Source of the DNA: Candidatus Kaiserbacteria bacterium
GTDB lineage: Bacteria; Patescibacteriota; Minisyncoccia; Phycocordibacterales; Phycocordibacteraceae
Assembly (NCBI GenBank): GCA_963699165.1
Contig: OY969413.1
Span: 276,562 to 340,561 of the forward strand
Direction: 5' to 3'
DNA: 64,000 nucleotides
How positions within the stretch are numbered: the first letter of the stretch is position 1; every line of letters begins with the position of its first letter. A model generated the notes under the pieces. The model was not told the DNA's origin, did no database searches, and saw only the letters and a list, made by a program, of their open reading frames with translations. Shown in pieces: positions 49,538 through 59,357 of this stretch. The position numbers were made by a program, and so were the translations under genes.

Positions 49538-52500
49538 TCAGTTGGCGACAATGCCGACATCATCGAGCGTAAGCGAGCCGATACCCGTTATATAGTGGAA
49601 TACTTGTGCGGAAACGACTCCTGCGGGCGCGGTAAACGTAACCGAAGATATTCCCCATGCAGGCGTCGACGCGGGGAAAATCGTATCGTCGGCAAACGTC
49701 GCGTTCCCCGAAGCGTCCAGGAATTCAACTTCCACATGCGATGAGACATCGGAGACGTATGAATCGGAATACGTGTACGCCGCACCGGCGCTTACCGGAA
49801 CCTGATCCATAACCCATTTAGAGTCGCCGTCGGTGTAGGAAGTGATCTGCACTTTCGCGGCCGTGCCGTCCGTGTGTCCGGCGACCGGATAACTGAAGAC
49901 CGCCGTATTAGTTCCCCATCCGCCTTGCGACCAGTTTTGCGGAAGAGTCGGGTCGGTGCTGTTCGCAATGGCGAATGTAGGGTTTGCAACGAGGTTTGTT
50001 GTTGACGGCGGCGGCGGAGAAGACGACCCGATTGAATCGGTCAAACTCGCATCGTCAATGGTGAGCGTTCCGATGCCCGCGATAAGGTGGAAGACGCGCA
50101 CGGACGCCGTGCCTGCGGGCGCAGTAAATGTAACCGTTCCCGTTCCCCAACTTGATGCGGATGCAGGCAAAGCGGTGAATCCCGCATACGAATACACGCC
50201 GGTGGTGCTCAGATATTCGACGGCAAGCTGTGACGCGATATTTGATTCGTAAGAATCCGAATAGGTGTATGTATGGCCGGGAGTAACGGCGACCTTATCG
50301 AATACCCACTTTGCGTCGCCGCTCGCGTAGGAAGTTATCTGCACTTTTGCGGCCGTGCCGTCCGTGTGTCCGGCGACCGGATAACTGAAGACCGCCGTAT
50401 TAGTTCCCCATCCGCCTTGCGACCAGTTTTGCGGAATACTCGAATTCGATGCGCTTGCGATCGCAAACGTCGGATTGAGAATGAGGTTCGGACCACTTGT
50501 CGCAACCGAAGAAGATACCGTGACTGTGTCGGTGGCAACGTTTGAATCAAACAGTCCGTTATTGGCTTTGAATGAGAAGGTATCGATGCCGGTGAATCCC
50601 GCAGCCGGCGTATATGTCTCCACCGAAGATGTTCCGGTGAGCGTGCCGTGCGAAGGCGGAGTCACAATCGAGTACGTGAGCGCATCGTTATTCGGATCCG
50701 CTGCCGATAGCATGACTTGCACGGCGGTATTTTGCGTGGTCGTCGCGGCGGAACCGCTCGCAGTCGGCGGATAATTCACTTTGAGGTCGTTGACCGTTAT
50801 GACGCAGTTCGCCGTCACGCCCTGCAATTGCGAGCCAGCGCAATTGGTGGATGTCGCATAGGTATAGTTGCTCGGCACTGATTGCAGAGCGACTGAGTAT
50901 TGCTGAAGCGGCTGAATGCTAACAACCGTCGTTGACGATGTTCCCTGGAACGAACTCGGCGACGCGCTCGCGCCGGTGACATTCACCGTGAAGTCGGCGG
51001 CCGTCGAAGTTGCGCCGTGCGTATTATTTACCACGACCGACACATCGAGTTTCGGCGCGCCCATGAGCGCGGCGCCCTGCGCCATCGTGAGCACCGGCAC
51101 GTTATTTGCGGTCAAATAATTCACGATGCCTTGCAGCGTTTGCGGCGTTGCGCCATAAGGCTGATTGGACAGATCCGTCAAAATCGGATGGAAGACGAGT
51201 ATGAGCCACTGCTTATTCGCTTTCGCCTGGTCTATCCAACTTTGAATTTGAGCTAGCGTGGTATCGGAATCGACCGACTGCGATAGAAGCGCATAGATGT
51301 CGGTGTTGCGTCCGTTAAAACCCGGGAGCACGGTGCGGGACGATATGTATCCCGCTTGCTGCGCTATCTGTTCGCTTGCGCTGTTGTATGCGCCATAGGG
51401 ATACACGAACGTCAGCGCCGGAGTCACGCCGTAACTTAGCAAGTCCTGCCGCCCGCCGGCAATCTGCGTCGTCTGATCCGCATCGGAAAGCGTCGTGAGG
51501 TCCGGGTGGATTTGTGTGTGTCCGCCGATTTCCTGCCCTTCCGCCTGCATCTGCAATATTTCGGCCGGCGTCATATAGTCGAGATATGCGCCGAACGAGA
51601 TATTGTCGACATCGAGATATCCGGCGCCGGTCAGCTGATGCAAAACGGTAATTGTTTTGATTGATGGCGGCACGTAAAAATTAAATGTGGACGGAATTGC
51701 AGACCATGCGCCGTTCGTCGAGGGCAATGTGAGCGCCGTAACTTTGCTTGGAACCATAGTGCCGGCCGAGTTAATGTATTCAGGTGTCCCGCTTGCGTCC
51801 GTCATTTGGATGATAACGTCGGAGGCCGCGCTGCTTCGATACGAATCGGCGTACGAATAGTTTTCGTCGCTGAAAACCGTAATCGGATTGAAATACCATG
51901 CGGCATTGCTGCCTGCCACCGTCGATGAGACCTCGACTGCCTTGCCGCTTTGTCCCGCAACCGGATACGTAAACTTGGCGTTGGTGCTTCCGGAAGTTAG
52001 CCATCCGAGCGGCTCGGTTGAACTTGCGGGGTTCGGCGTTTCAAGATTCGGATTGACTACCGCCATGCCCGAAAGATGCGAGATTATATAGAACGAACCG
52101 TTCATATGCGCGGCGCTCAGAATCGGATAGGCATTTTGATATTGGCTCAACAGCCCGTCATCGAATGAAAGCGTGACGAATCCCCGGTCGAATGAAATCG
52201 GCTGCGGAACCTCGGTCAAGCTCGCATTGTCGATTGAAAGCGAGCCGATCGAACTTATCGTGTGATATACCGTCACGGAAACGACGCCGGCCGGAACGGT
52301 AAAGTTGACCGCCGATTGCTCCCACGTGGTCGTCGCCGGAGATGCTGCAACGGGTGTAAAATCGGCAAACGTCACGCTATTGTCGGTATTCGTGTACGCC
52401 ACGACGAGCTGGGTCGGGACATTCGAAAGATATACGTCATTGTAGAGATAGCTGTGGCCGGGAATGACCGTGACATTGTCGAACACCCACTTCGCGTCGC

Positions 52501-53842
52501 CATCCGCGTATGCTTTCATGCTGATTGTGCCAACCATGCCGCTCGGACTTATTTCATTATTTGTCGTACTTGCCGCGACGTAACTAAACTCGGGCGTGTT
52601 CGTGCCGTACGACGTCGGTGTCCAATGGAGCGGTTGATTTGCGATTGAAGGATCCGGCGTTTCAAGCCCGGGATTTTGAATAAGGTTCGGCGACGCCTGT
52701 CCGAGCGAAATCGGTTCGAGGTCGCTGAGCGTAATGGTGCACGTCGCCGAATCGCCGCCCGGAAGCTGTCCGGTGCAGTCGGGAGAATACGAAACATCGT
52801 AGTACAAACCCGGTTCGGTCGTAATTTGATATGCGGTATTCGCCGCAACCGCGACGTTTGTTCCCGAAGCGGCGCCGACAAAAAACGCAGGCGTCGAACT
52901 TGCGCCGTTTACCGTAACGTTAAAATCCGCGGGCGCATTCGTGCCGCCGTGCGTATTCACGACAGACGTAATGACTTTGACCGTCGCAGTCGAAACGACT
53001 GACGGGAAGACCGTTATCGAATATAGATTGGTAGCCGAAATAGCGCCGTTCGTGACCGACACGGCAAATGTGCCGGTGGATGTTGCCGTCGACGTGCCGG
53101 TGATAAATGCCGTCGCGCCCGTGGATGTCGAGAGCGCGAATCCGCTCGGCAACGAACCGGAACTGACGCTCCAACTGAACGGACCGGACGCCGTCGTCGA
53201 CGCCGTCAGCGTCTGCGAATATGGGACGTTCACTGCGGCATTCTGCAATACCGTCGGCGCGATGGAGATGGTCGGACCGGGCGTGCTATCGACGATACTC
53301 GCGTTGTCAATCGTGAGCGTTCCGACGCTCAAGATAGAATGGTAGACGCGAACGGACACGATGTTCGCGGGAACGGCAAAGGAAACGGTCGATGTCGCCC
53401 ACGCCGAAGCGCTTGCCGGAACAGTGGTGAAATTGCCATATGTGATGGTGCTGCTGGCGTCGGTGTATTCGACGACAAGCTGCGTCGACACGCCCGACAT
53501 ATACGCATCGGTATAGGAATAGGAGTGGCCGGCGGATACCGCAACGGGCGACATCAGCCACTTTGCGTCGCCGCTCGTGTACGCGCTCATCGTAATTTGA
53601 GCCGCCTTGCTGTTCCCGACGCCAGACGCCGGATACGTGAACGCTGCGGCATTCGTGCCATACCCGGCCGTTGTCCATCCCTGCGGAATGTTCGGATTGA
53701 CGGTATCGGGCGTTTCAAAATTTCCGTTTGCAATCAGATTTGCGGAATTTGCGTGCGCAAACAGGGCCGGAAGTAGTGAGAGAGCAAGCACGAAAAAAAT
53801 TCGGAGGGTGCGGACCTTCAGCGATTCGGTGGTGGATGACAT
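49538..53842 (-). CDS. Large secreted polysaccharide deacetylase (CE4/NodB) with repeated CBM-like and Ig-like domains
   Basis: LSFDDG, GHTQIH, FVYPYG, LVFH; repeated NL...WxxxGxGTN...GDAKW modules. Confidence 0.85.
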   Translation of the reverse strand: MSSTTESLKVRTLRIFFVLALSLLPALFAHANSANLIANGNFETPDTVNPNIPQGWTTAGYGTNAAAFTYPASGVGNSKAAQITMSAYTSGDAKWLMSPVAVSAGHSYSYTDAYMSGVSTQLVVEYTDASSTITYGNFTTVPASASAWATSTVSFAVPANIVSVRVYHSILSVGTLTIDNASIVDSTPGPTISIAPTVLQNAAVNVPYSQTLTASTTASGPFSWSVSSGSLPSGFALSTSTGATAFITGTSTATSTGTFAVSVTNGAISATNLYSITVFPSVVSTATVKVITSVVNTHGGTNAPADFNVTVNGASSTPAFFVGAASGTNVAVAANTAYQITTEPGLYYDVSYSPDCTGQLPGGDSATCTITLSDLEPISLGQASPNLIQNPGLETPDPSIANQPLHWTPTSYGTNTPEFSYVAASTTNNEISPSGMVGTISMKAYADGDAKWVFDNVTVIPGHSYLYNDVYLSNVPTQLVVAYTNTDNSVTFADFTPVAASPATTTWEQSAVNFTVPAGVVSVTVYHTISSIGSLSIDNASLTEVPQPISFDRGFVTLSFDDGLLSQYQNAYPILSAAHMNGSFYIISHLSGMAVVNPNLETPNPASSTEPLGWLTSGSTNAKFTYPVAGQSGKAVEVSSTVAGSNAAWYFNPITVFSDENYSYADSYRSSAASDVIIQMTDASGTPEYINSAGTMVPSKVTALTLPSTNGAWSAIPSTFNFYVPPSIKTITVLHQLTGAGYLDVDNISFGAYLDYMTPAEILQMQAEGQEIGGHTQIHPDLTTLSDADQTTQIAGGRQDLLSYGVTPALTFVYPYGAYNSASEQIAQQAGYISSRTVLPGFNGRNTDIYALLSQSVDSDTTLAQIQSWIDQAKANKQWLILVFHPILTDLSNQPYGATPQTLQGIVNYLTANNVPVLTMAQGAALMGAPKLDVSVVVNNTHGATSTAADFTVNVTGASASPSSFQGTSSTTVVSIQPLQQYSVALQSVPSNYTYATSTNCAGSQLQGVTANCVITVNDLKVNYPPTASGSAATTTQNTAVQVMLSAADPNNDALTYSIVTPPSHGTLTGTSSVETYTPAAGFTGIDTFSFKANNGLFDSNVATDTVTVSSSVATSGPNLILNPTFAIASASNSSIPQNWSQGGWGTNTAVFSYPVAGHTDGTAAKVQITSYASGDAKWVFDKVAVTPGHTYTYSDSYESNIASQLAVEYLSTTGVYSYAGFTALPASASSWGTGTVTFTAPAGTASVRVFHLIAGIGTLTIDDASLTDSIGSSSPPPPSTTNLVANPTFAIANSTDPTLPQNWSQGGWGTNTAVFSYPVAGHTDGTAAKVQITSYTDGDSKWVMDQVPVSAGAAYTYSDSYVSDVSSHVEVEFLDASGNATFADDTIFPASTPAWGISSVTFTAPAGVVSAQVFHYITGIGSLTLDDVGIVAN

Positions 53843-54052
53843 ACGCGAGATGACTAGATGCTAATAATTTCTTGAAACGCCGTGGCGGGCGGTTCGATTT
53901 TTACATCTGCCGCCGTTTCTTTACCGCATTTTCAGTAATCTTCATGACGTCGAGTGCCGCACATGATTACAAGCCGCAAACGTGCGCGTCCGCGGTGCTT
54001 CAATCGCTGAAATATTTTGCAGATTCGAGCGACATCATGAGACACGCGGCGT

Positions 54053-55138
54053 ATGAAAAATGCAACTCAATTTTCCGAAATATACCCGAAGAAAATTCAT
54101 GCGAATGACATTTCCATCTCGCTGCTGATTCCGTGTTACAACGAAGAAAAAGGAATCGAAGCGACCGTGCAATCCTGCCTGCGGCAGACGCGTCCGTTCG
54201 ACCAACTCGTCATCGTGAACGACTGCTCGAAAGACCGGACGCTTGAAATATTACAGAGGTACAGCGACCGTATTACGGTCATTACAACGCCGAAAAATTC
54301 CGGCAACAAAAGCAGCGCGCAGGAATATGGACTACGCTTCGTGACGGGCGACGTTATGGTTACCACCGACGGCGACACGCTGCTTGATGCGCGCTTCGTC
54401 GAAGAAATTGAAAAGGATTTCCGAGACCCCTCGGTAACGGCAGTCGCGGGATACGTCAAAAGCATTCCGTACAACTGGCTCACTTTGTGCCGCGCGTTCT
54501 ATTACATCGTCGGCCAAAATCTGCACAAAATCGCGCAAAATTATCTTAACTATATTTTCGTCATGCCGGGCGCCGCAAGCGCTTTCAAGACCGATACATT
54601 TCGGAAAGTGTGTACGTTTGACCACGACACCATCACCGAAGACCTCGATTTCACATACAAACTGCATCGGCACAATTTGCGCATTGTCTACAATCAAAAT
54701 GCAATTTCGTACACGCAAGATCCTTCGACGTTGCACGACTATATGTATCAAATGCGGCGCTGGTACAGCGGCGGCTGGCAAAATCTCGGCAAGCATATTT
54801 CGGTAGTCCGCCATCCGATTCGCGCGATGGAATTGTCGCTGATTTACATCGAGGGGCTCGTATTTTCGACGCTGCTGCTCGTTACGCCGTTTGTCGACTT
54901 GTATTTGGCGCTCGTGATTCTCGCAGGGTATTTGTTCATTACCGCAATCTTCGCCGTGTGGGCGGCGTGGGTCGGCCGCCGCCCCGCAATACTGCTCGTC
55001 CTCTTGCCATATCTTCTATTACTGTATGTGAATGCGTATTTGTTCATGGAAACTTTCGTGACGGAAGTTATTGTACGTCGTAAGACACTGATTTGGTTTA
55101 AACCGGACCGAGTGGCGACGCCAATGCAACACCTATGA
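54053..55138 (+). CDS. Processive GT2 glycosyltransferase (IcaA/PgaC/cellulose-synthase-like)
   Basis: PCYNEE, NDCSKD, TDGDT, ITEDLD, QMRRW, C-terminal TM segments. Confidence 0.9.
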   Translation: MKNATQFSEIYPKKIHANDISISLLIPCYNEEKGIEATVQSCLRQTRPFDQLVIVNDCSKDRTLEILQRYSDRITVITTPKNSGNKSSAQEYGLRFVTGDVMVTTDGDTLLDARFVEEIEKDFRDPSVTAVAGYVKSIPYNWLTLCRAFYYIVGQNLHKIAQNYLNYIFVMPGAASAFKTDTFRKVCTFDHDTITEDLDFTYKLHRHNLRIVYNQNAISYTQDPSTLHDYMYQMRRWYSGGWQNLGKHISVVRHPIRAMELSLIYIEGLVFSTLLLVTPFVDLYLALVILAGYLFITAIFAVWAAWVGRRPAILLVLLPYLLLLYVNAYLFMETFVTEVIVRRKTLIWFKPDRVATPMQHL

Positions 55139-55710
55139 CTAACCCATTCTTCTTCGGCCTTTCGATAATAATTCACATTCTGGTCATCATCTGGAATTCG
55201 GTGCTTGACTTCCTGTTTCCGAACCGCAGCAAGATGCTATTTGCGAAGCAGCGGATACACACGCTTATCGTGAGCGGGCTGCTTATCGGCGGAGTATTTT
55301 CGTTTGTCTCATTCTGCGGCGTCACCATCATGTATGCCGCCGTTATCGACAGCCATTCATCGGTAAATATCGCCGAACGGGTCGTGCCGCGTTTGCTGCA
55401 TCCCTCGCTGCAAAATATAAGCGCGACCGCCGCAGCGTCGAACGCAATCGAGACCAATGAGGCGGAAATCTACGGTATTCTGTTTCTCGCGTTCTTCATA
55501 TTCCTTTTCTCGGCGCTGCACGGCGAGCTGGTATCGTGCTGCGTCGACTGGATTGTGCGCGGATTTCCGTTTCGCGCTCTCTTCGTGAGCTTCGGCATAC
55601 TCGTGCTGTGCGTAGGAACCGCGAGCGCATTCATTTACCTGACTCCCGTAACAAGCGCCGCATCACAGGTTCTCGCGCTATTAAAATACACCGAACCGTT
55701 CCCGCGCTAA
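55135..55710 (+). CDS. Hypothetical membrane protein
   Basis: ATGA overlap with the GT2 gene; about 4 TM segments. Confidence 0.7.
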   Translation: MTNPFFFGLSIIIHILVIIWNSVLDFLFPNRSKMLFAKQRIHTLIVSGLLIGGVFSFVSFCGVTIMYAAVIDSHSSVNIAERVVPRLLHPSLQNISATAAASNAIETNEAEIYGILFLAFFIFLFSALHGELVSCCVDWIVRGFPFRALFVSFGILVLCVGTASAFIYLTPVTSAASQVLALLKYTEPFPR

Positions 55711-55712
55711 CG

Positions 55713-56126
55713 CTACTGCCCTTTCTTTAAATTTTCGACGTCGGCAAGAACTTTGCGCAAGTCGGTCATCAGTTCCTCAAGCATCGCCGTCTGCGGTTTT
55801 TCGACGTCCTCCTCCTCGGCCATATCTTCGATGTCCTCGCTGATTTCTTCCACGTCCTCCTGAATCTCGTCGATGTCCGCCTCGACCTCCTGCAAGCTTT
55901 CAGAATGCCGGTTGACTGTCATCTGAATAAAGATTGCCAAATAAATGGCTTCGAGCGAAAGAAGCGTAGTGAGCACAAGAAGCATGATGTCCCATCCGAC
56001 GATGTGAAAAATTGAAAGCGCAAAAAAACAAAGGAAGACGGTGGTATGCAGCAAGAGCGACGGCACGGAGCCGATTGCGGTCGTGAGGCGTTCTATCGGA
56101 TGCAGCGGCGCGCCGTTTTTCGTCAT
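55713..56126 (-). CDS. DUF1003-like membrane protein
   Basis: LTTLLSLEAIYLAIFIQMTVNR plus acidic coiled coil. Confidence 0.8.
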   Translation of the reverse strand: MTKNGAPLHPIERLTTAIGSVPSLLLHTTVFLCFFALSIFHIVGWDIMLLVLTTLLSLEAIYLAIFIQMTVNRHSESLQEVEADIDEIQEDVEEISEDIEDMAEEEDVEKPQTAMLEELMTDLRKVLADVENLKKGQ

Positions 56127-56215
56127 TGTCGAATTGTCGCATTATTCGATGCACAAACGCAAGTCAAAGCGAAAGGCCGCGCGCGCGGCCTTTCGCGGAT
56201 ACTGCACTATGTTCG

Positions 56216-57565
56216 TCACGGCAACTGCGGTGCAGGTAGATTGAGCGATGCGCAATAGAGATTATTTATCTCACGTTGCGTCGTTTTGTATACCAGCCCG
56301 GTCGGCGTATGGTCGGTTGGAAGTCCGAACGGCACCCACGGCTTGAGAACGTCGAAGTTATATTTCAACTGGAAATCTTTGACTGCTTTTTGCGTTTGCG
56401 GCCCGAATACGCCCGTAACGGGAAGATTGCCTCCCAGGTTTGAATTAAGAAATGTTTGCAGCTTCATCACCTCGTCGGAATCGTTATTTCTATTGCTGCC
56501 CAAAAACGTTTTGAGAAGAGGCCCGCAGCCCGGAACATTCACCGCTTCGGTCGAAGTGCCGAGCACTTGGCCGGTAATAATCGGTATGCTTATCGCGCCG
56601 TTTGACACAACAACCTGTGCGGGAGGAGCAGCCGGAGGCGCCGGCGGAGTACCTATTGAGCCGCCGCCTCGGGTATCGCCCGAACCCGTGTCTGTCGTGC
56701 TTGCCGATTGCGTTGTCGAAGCAGCGCCTCCCGAATCGGACGGCGCGGGCGGCGGAGCAATCAATTGATTCAGCACTATGAGCGTTTGATTCGGATTGGC
56801 CGGCGTAAGCTGGATGTATCCGTCCGAATTTAGATTGCGGCTCGCATCGTTTGAAGAATCCGAATCGAACAATTCCGGACTATACGCTGAAAAGTCGGCT
56901 GCGGAGCGAGCAAGCCCCGTCGCTTCGTCGTCATACTTGGGCGTTGCAAATCCGGTTGTGGTGCCAATTACTTCCTGTCCGTAATAGTAGCCGCCCGAGT
57001 CCGCAAAAAGACCGCTCTGTGTGACGCATTGGGCATCGTCGCCTGCGCTTGCATCAAAAATTTTATTTGAAAGCGATAGCGGCGTCGTAAACAAATACGG
57101 ACTGAATTCGCCCGATATCGGCCCAAGCGAAGTATCGGGATCCGGCGCCAGACCGGGAATGGAAAACGTAATGCCTGCCGGAACAGAGCTTGTCGCTACA
57201 GTCCCATCTGCGTTCAATATGATATTGCAAACGGTTATGGAGCCGTACGCCGGAGGAACGTATGCGCCGCCGCCTCCGCCGCCCCAATCGTCATGTCCGC
57301 CACCGCCGTCATGATTGCCATCGTGATGGTCCGAGCCATGCCACGAATCGCTGTCTGAATCCGAATCACCGTCGTGCTGACCGCTATCTTCATCAGATTG
57401 AATGTCGCCGCCATCGCCGTGTCGCCCGCCGCTGTAATTGCCTTGACCGGCGCTGTCCTGCGCAAACACTATATGCGTCGGTATTACAAACAGAAGGAGC
57501 GCGAACGCCTGCACGACAATGGCGCCTGTAATCGTCGAACGAAGAAAACCTTTTGAATTAGTCAT
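56216..57565 (-). CDS. Secreted protein with low-complexity N-terminus and C-terminal peptidoglycan-binding domain
   Basis: EVMKLQTFLN...VTGVFGPQTQKAVKDFQ; Asp/Gly/His-rich tract. Confidence 0.8.
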   Translation of the reverse strand: MTNSKGFLRSTITGAIVVQAFALLLFVIPTHIVFAQDSAGQGNYSGGRHGDGGDIQSDEDSGQHDGDSDSDSDSWHGSDHHDGNHDGGGGHDDWGGGGGGAYVPPAYGSITVCNIILNADGTVATSSVPAGITFSIPGLAPDPDTSLGPISGEFSPYLFTTPLSLSNKIFDASAGDDAQCVTQSGLFADSGGYYYGQEVIGTTTGFATPKYDDEATGLARSAADFSAYSPELFDSDSSNDASRNLNSDGYIQLTPANPNQTLIVLNQLIAPPPAPSDSGGAASTTQSASTTDTGSGDTRGGGSIGTPPAPPAAPPAQVVVSNGAISIPIITGQVLGTSTEAVNVPGCGPLLKTFLGSNRNNDSDEVMKLQTFLNSNLGGNLPVTGVFGPQTQKAVKDFQLKYNFDVLKPWVPFGLPTDHTPTGLVYKTTQREINNLYCASLNLPAPQLP

Positions 57566-57821
57566 GGAATAAAAGGTAGGTAATAAGGTTAAGCCCTTAT
57601 CCCTGCAGCCGTATTTCATGAGAAATGCTTACATGCGATGCTTTAAAACATACGAATAGGTAGATTCGCCTACTGGGTTATTCAGCAGGATCACCTACTT
57701 GGTTCGCTCGCAAATTTCCGCGACTCCTAAAGAACTGCGTTTTGTAAGCCACTCGCTTCGCTCGTGGACAAATTCGTTAAAACCTAAAAATCCGGTGCAT
57801 ACCGGATTTTTTAGCGTTTTG

Positions 57822-57894
57822 TGGACCATAGCGGAGTCGAACCGCTGACCTCGTCAATGCGAATGACGCGCTCTACCAGCTGAGCTAATGGCCC
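57822..57894 (-). tRNA. tRNA-Ala(CGC)
   Basis: GGGCCATTAGCTCAGCTGGTAGAGC...TTCGCAT...GTTCGACTCCGCTATGGTCCA. Confidence 0.93.
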
Positions 57895-57926
57895 TTCATG
57901 ACAACGGCACGCGCTAGTATCCTATC

Positions 57927-58553
57927 TTATTTCTTTGAATGCTTCCAGCGTCTGTCCTTCTCTTTCCGGTTGACGAACCAGGAATCGGCTTCGTCGAACC
58001 ACCATGCATCGGGATGCATTTTGAGAAGTATTTTTAGGACTTTCTTCCCGGCATCGGTTTTAATCCGCTTCGCCGCGATTTTCGCCCACACATTGGCCTT
58101 CGTATTTCCTTTCACCTCTTCGGCCCGAAGCGACGCGACCCATTCAAGCTGGTCCGCGTCCTTCACGAGGCGCGCTTCAAGCGTTTTCCGCTCCTGCTCT
58201 TCGAGATACAACGCCTCGAAATCTTTTCCGAACGGTACAGCATTGGCGATATCAGCCAATGCATTCCGTTCCCCAAGTCGGCCGTAGCGTTGATGCGCGT
58301 AATTGAGATCCGAGGTTCGACCTTCGGCAATATCATGTGTAAGCGCCATGAGCACCGTTTTATTTTTATCCGCCTCCGGAGTCAGGTACGCAAGCGCATA
58401 CGCTATATACGCCGTGCGAAAGAGATGTTCCGCCACGGACTGGTGCCCGCTTCCGAGGAGCCAGAAACCCGACCGCGGAGTATTCTGATGAGCACCCATT
58501 TCATAAACGAAACGGCCGATAGATTCAATTTCATGAGACGCCGACTTTTTCAT
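57927..58553 (-). CDS. HD-domain 5'-deoxynucleotidase-like (YfbR/HDDC2) protein
   Basis: PRSGF, QSVAEH, ALTHDIAE, VKDADQLE. Confidence 0.85.
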   Translation of the reverse strand: MKKSASHEIESIGRFVYEMGAHQNTPRSGFWLLGSGHQSVAEHLFRTAYIAYALAYLTPEADKNKTVLMALTHDIAEGRTSDLNYAHQRYGRLGERNALADIANAVPFGKDFEALYLEEQERKTLEARLVKDADQLEWVASLRAEEVKGNTKANVWAKIAAKRIKTDAGKKVLKILLKMHPDAWWFDEADSWFVNRKEKDRRWKHSKK

Positions 58554-58636
58554 GGAAATGATTGTATCAGATCTCGCGCATCGCTCAATCCGCAGAAAGC
58601 CGAACTTCGGCCCTCGACAGGGAGATGAAACGTCTT

Positions 58637-58999
58637 CCGGCCTTCGATTCCGGACAAACGCTTCGCGTTTTCACCCCTCACTTCGTTCGGGCCGCCGGGA
58701 ATCGGTCACGGATAATTCTCTCGCCGACGCTCGAGAATTTCCGTGACCACGCCTCGCGGTTCGGCTTGCTAGCCGAACATCGCTCCGGCATTCGATTCCG
58801 GACAAACGCTTCGCGTTTTCACCCCTCACTACGTTCGGGCCGCCGGGAATCGGTCACGGATAATTCTCTCGCCGACGCTCGAGAATTTCCGTGACCACGC
58901 CTCGCGGTTCGGCTTGCTAGCCGAACATCGCTCCGGCATTCGATTCCGGACAAACGCTTCGCGTTTTCACCCCTCACTACGTTCGGGCCGCCGGGAATC
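58637..58999 (-). repeat. 148-bp tandem repeat (about 2.4 units) carrying the tRNA-Pro 3' end
   Basis: GGACAAACG at 58652, 58800 and 58948; each unit has TCGGGCCGCCGGGAATCG. Confidence 0.92.
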
Positions 59000-59053
59000 G
59001 AACCCGGTCTACATCCACCCCATGGACGCGTACTACCGGCATACTCCGGCCCG
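58983..59053 (-). tRNA. tRNA-Pro(GGG)
   Basis: CGGGCCGGAG...ATGGGGT...GTTCGATTCCCGGCGGCCCGA. Confidence 0.9.
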
Positions 59054-59070
59054 CTCCGAGATGTTCCCTG

Positions 59071-59141
59071 TCGGGCCGCCGAGAATTGAACTCGGTCCTT
59101 ACGAACCCGAATCGCATGTACTACCGGCATACTCCGGCCCG
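59071..59141 (-). tRNA. tRNA-Pro(CGG)
   Basis: CGGGCCGGAG...TTCGGGT...GTTCAATTCTCGGCGGCCCGA. Confidence 0.9.
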
Positions 59142-59189
59142 ACATGGAACACCTCTATTTGGCGCGCATGCTTCTAAAAAATCGCGCGG

Positions 59190-59263
59190 TGGGCGGTACA
59201 GGAATCGAACCTGTGACCTTACGCGTGTGAAGCGTACGCTCTAACCGACTGAGCTAACCGCCC
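59190..59263 (-). tRNA. tRNA-Val(CAC)
   Basis: GGGCGGTTAGCTCAG...TTCACAC...GTTCGATTCCTGTACCGCCCA. Confidence 0.93.
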
Positions 59264-59282
59264 ATACATTTAACAGGGTGCA

Positions 59283-59313
59283 CGTACGCTCTAACCAACT
59301 GAGCTAACCGCCC
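59283..59313 (-). repeat. Duplicated 5' half of tRNA-Val
   Basis: 31 bp, one mismatch to 59233-59263. Confidence 0.85.
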
Positions 59314-59357
59314 GACTACAAACGGCGCGAACACGTTCCACCATACCAAATTTTGAA

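Noticed and set aside
58637-58999. CRISPR array
   Set aside because: Units are 148-bp full tandem copies with no unique spacers, and there is no cas operon.
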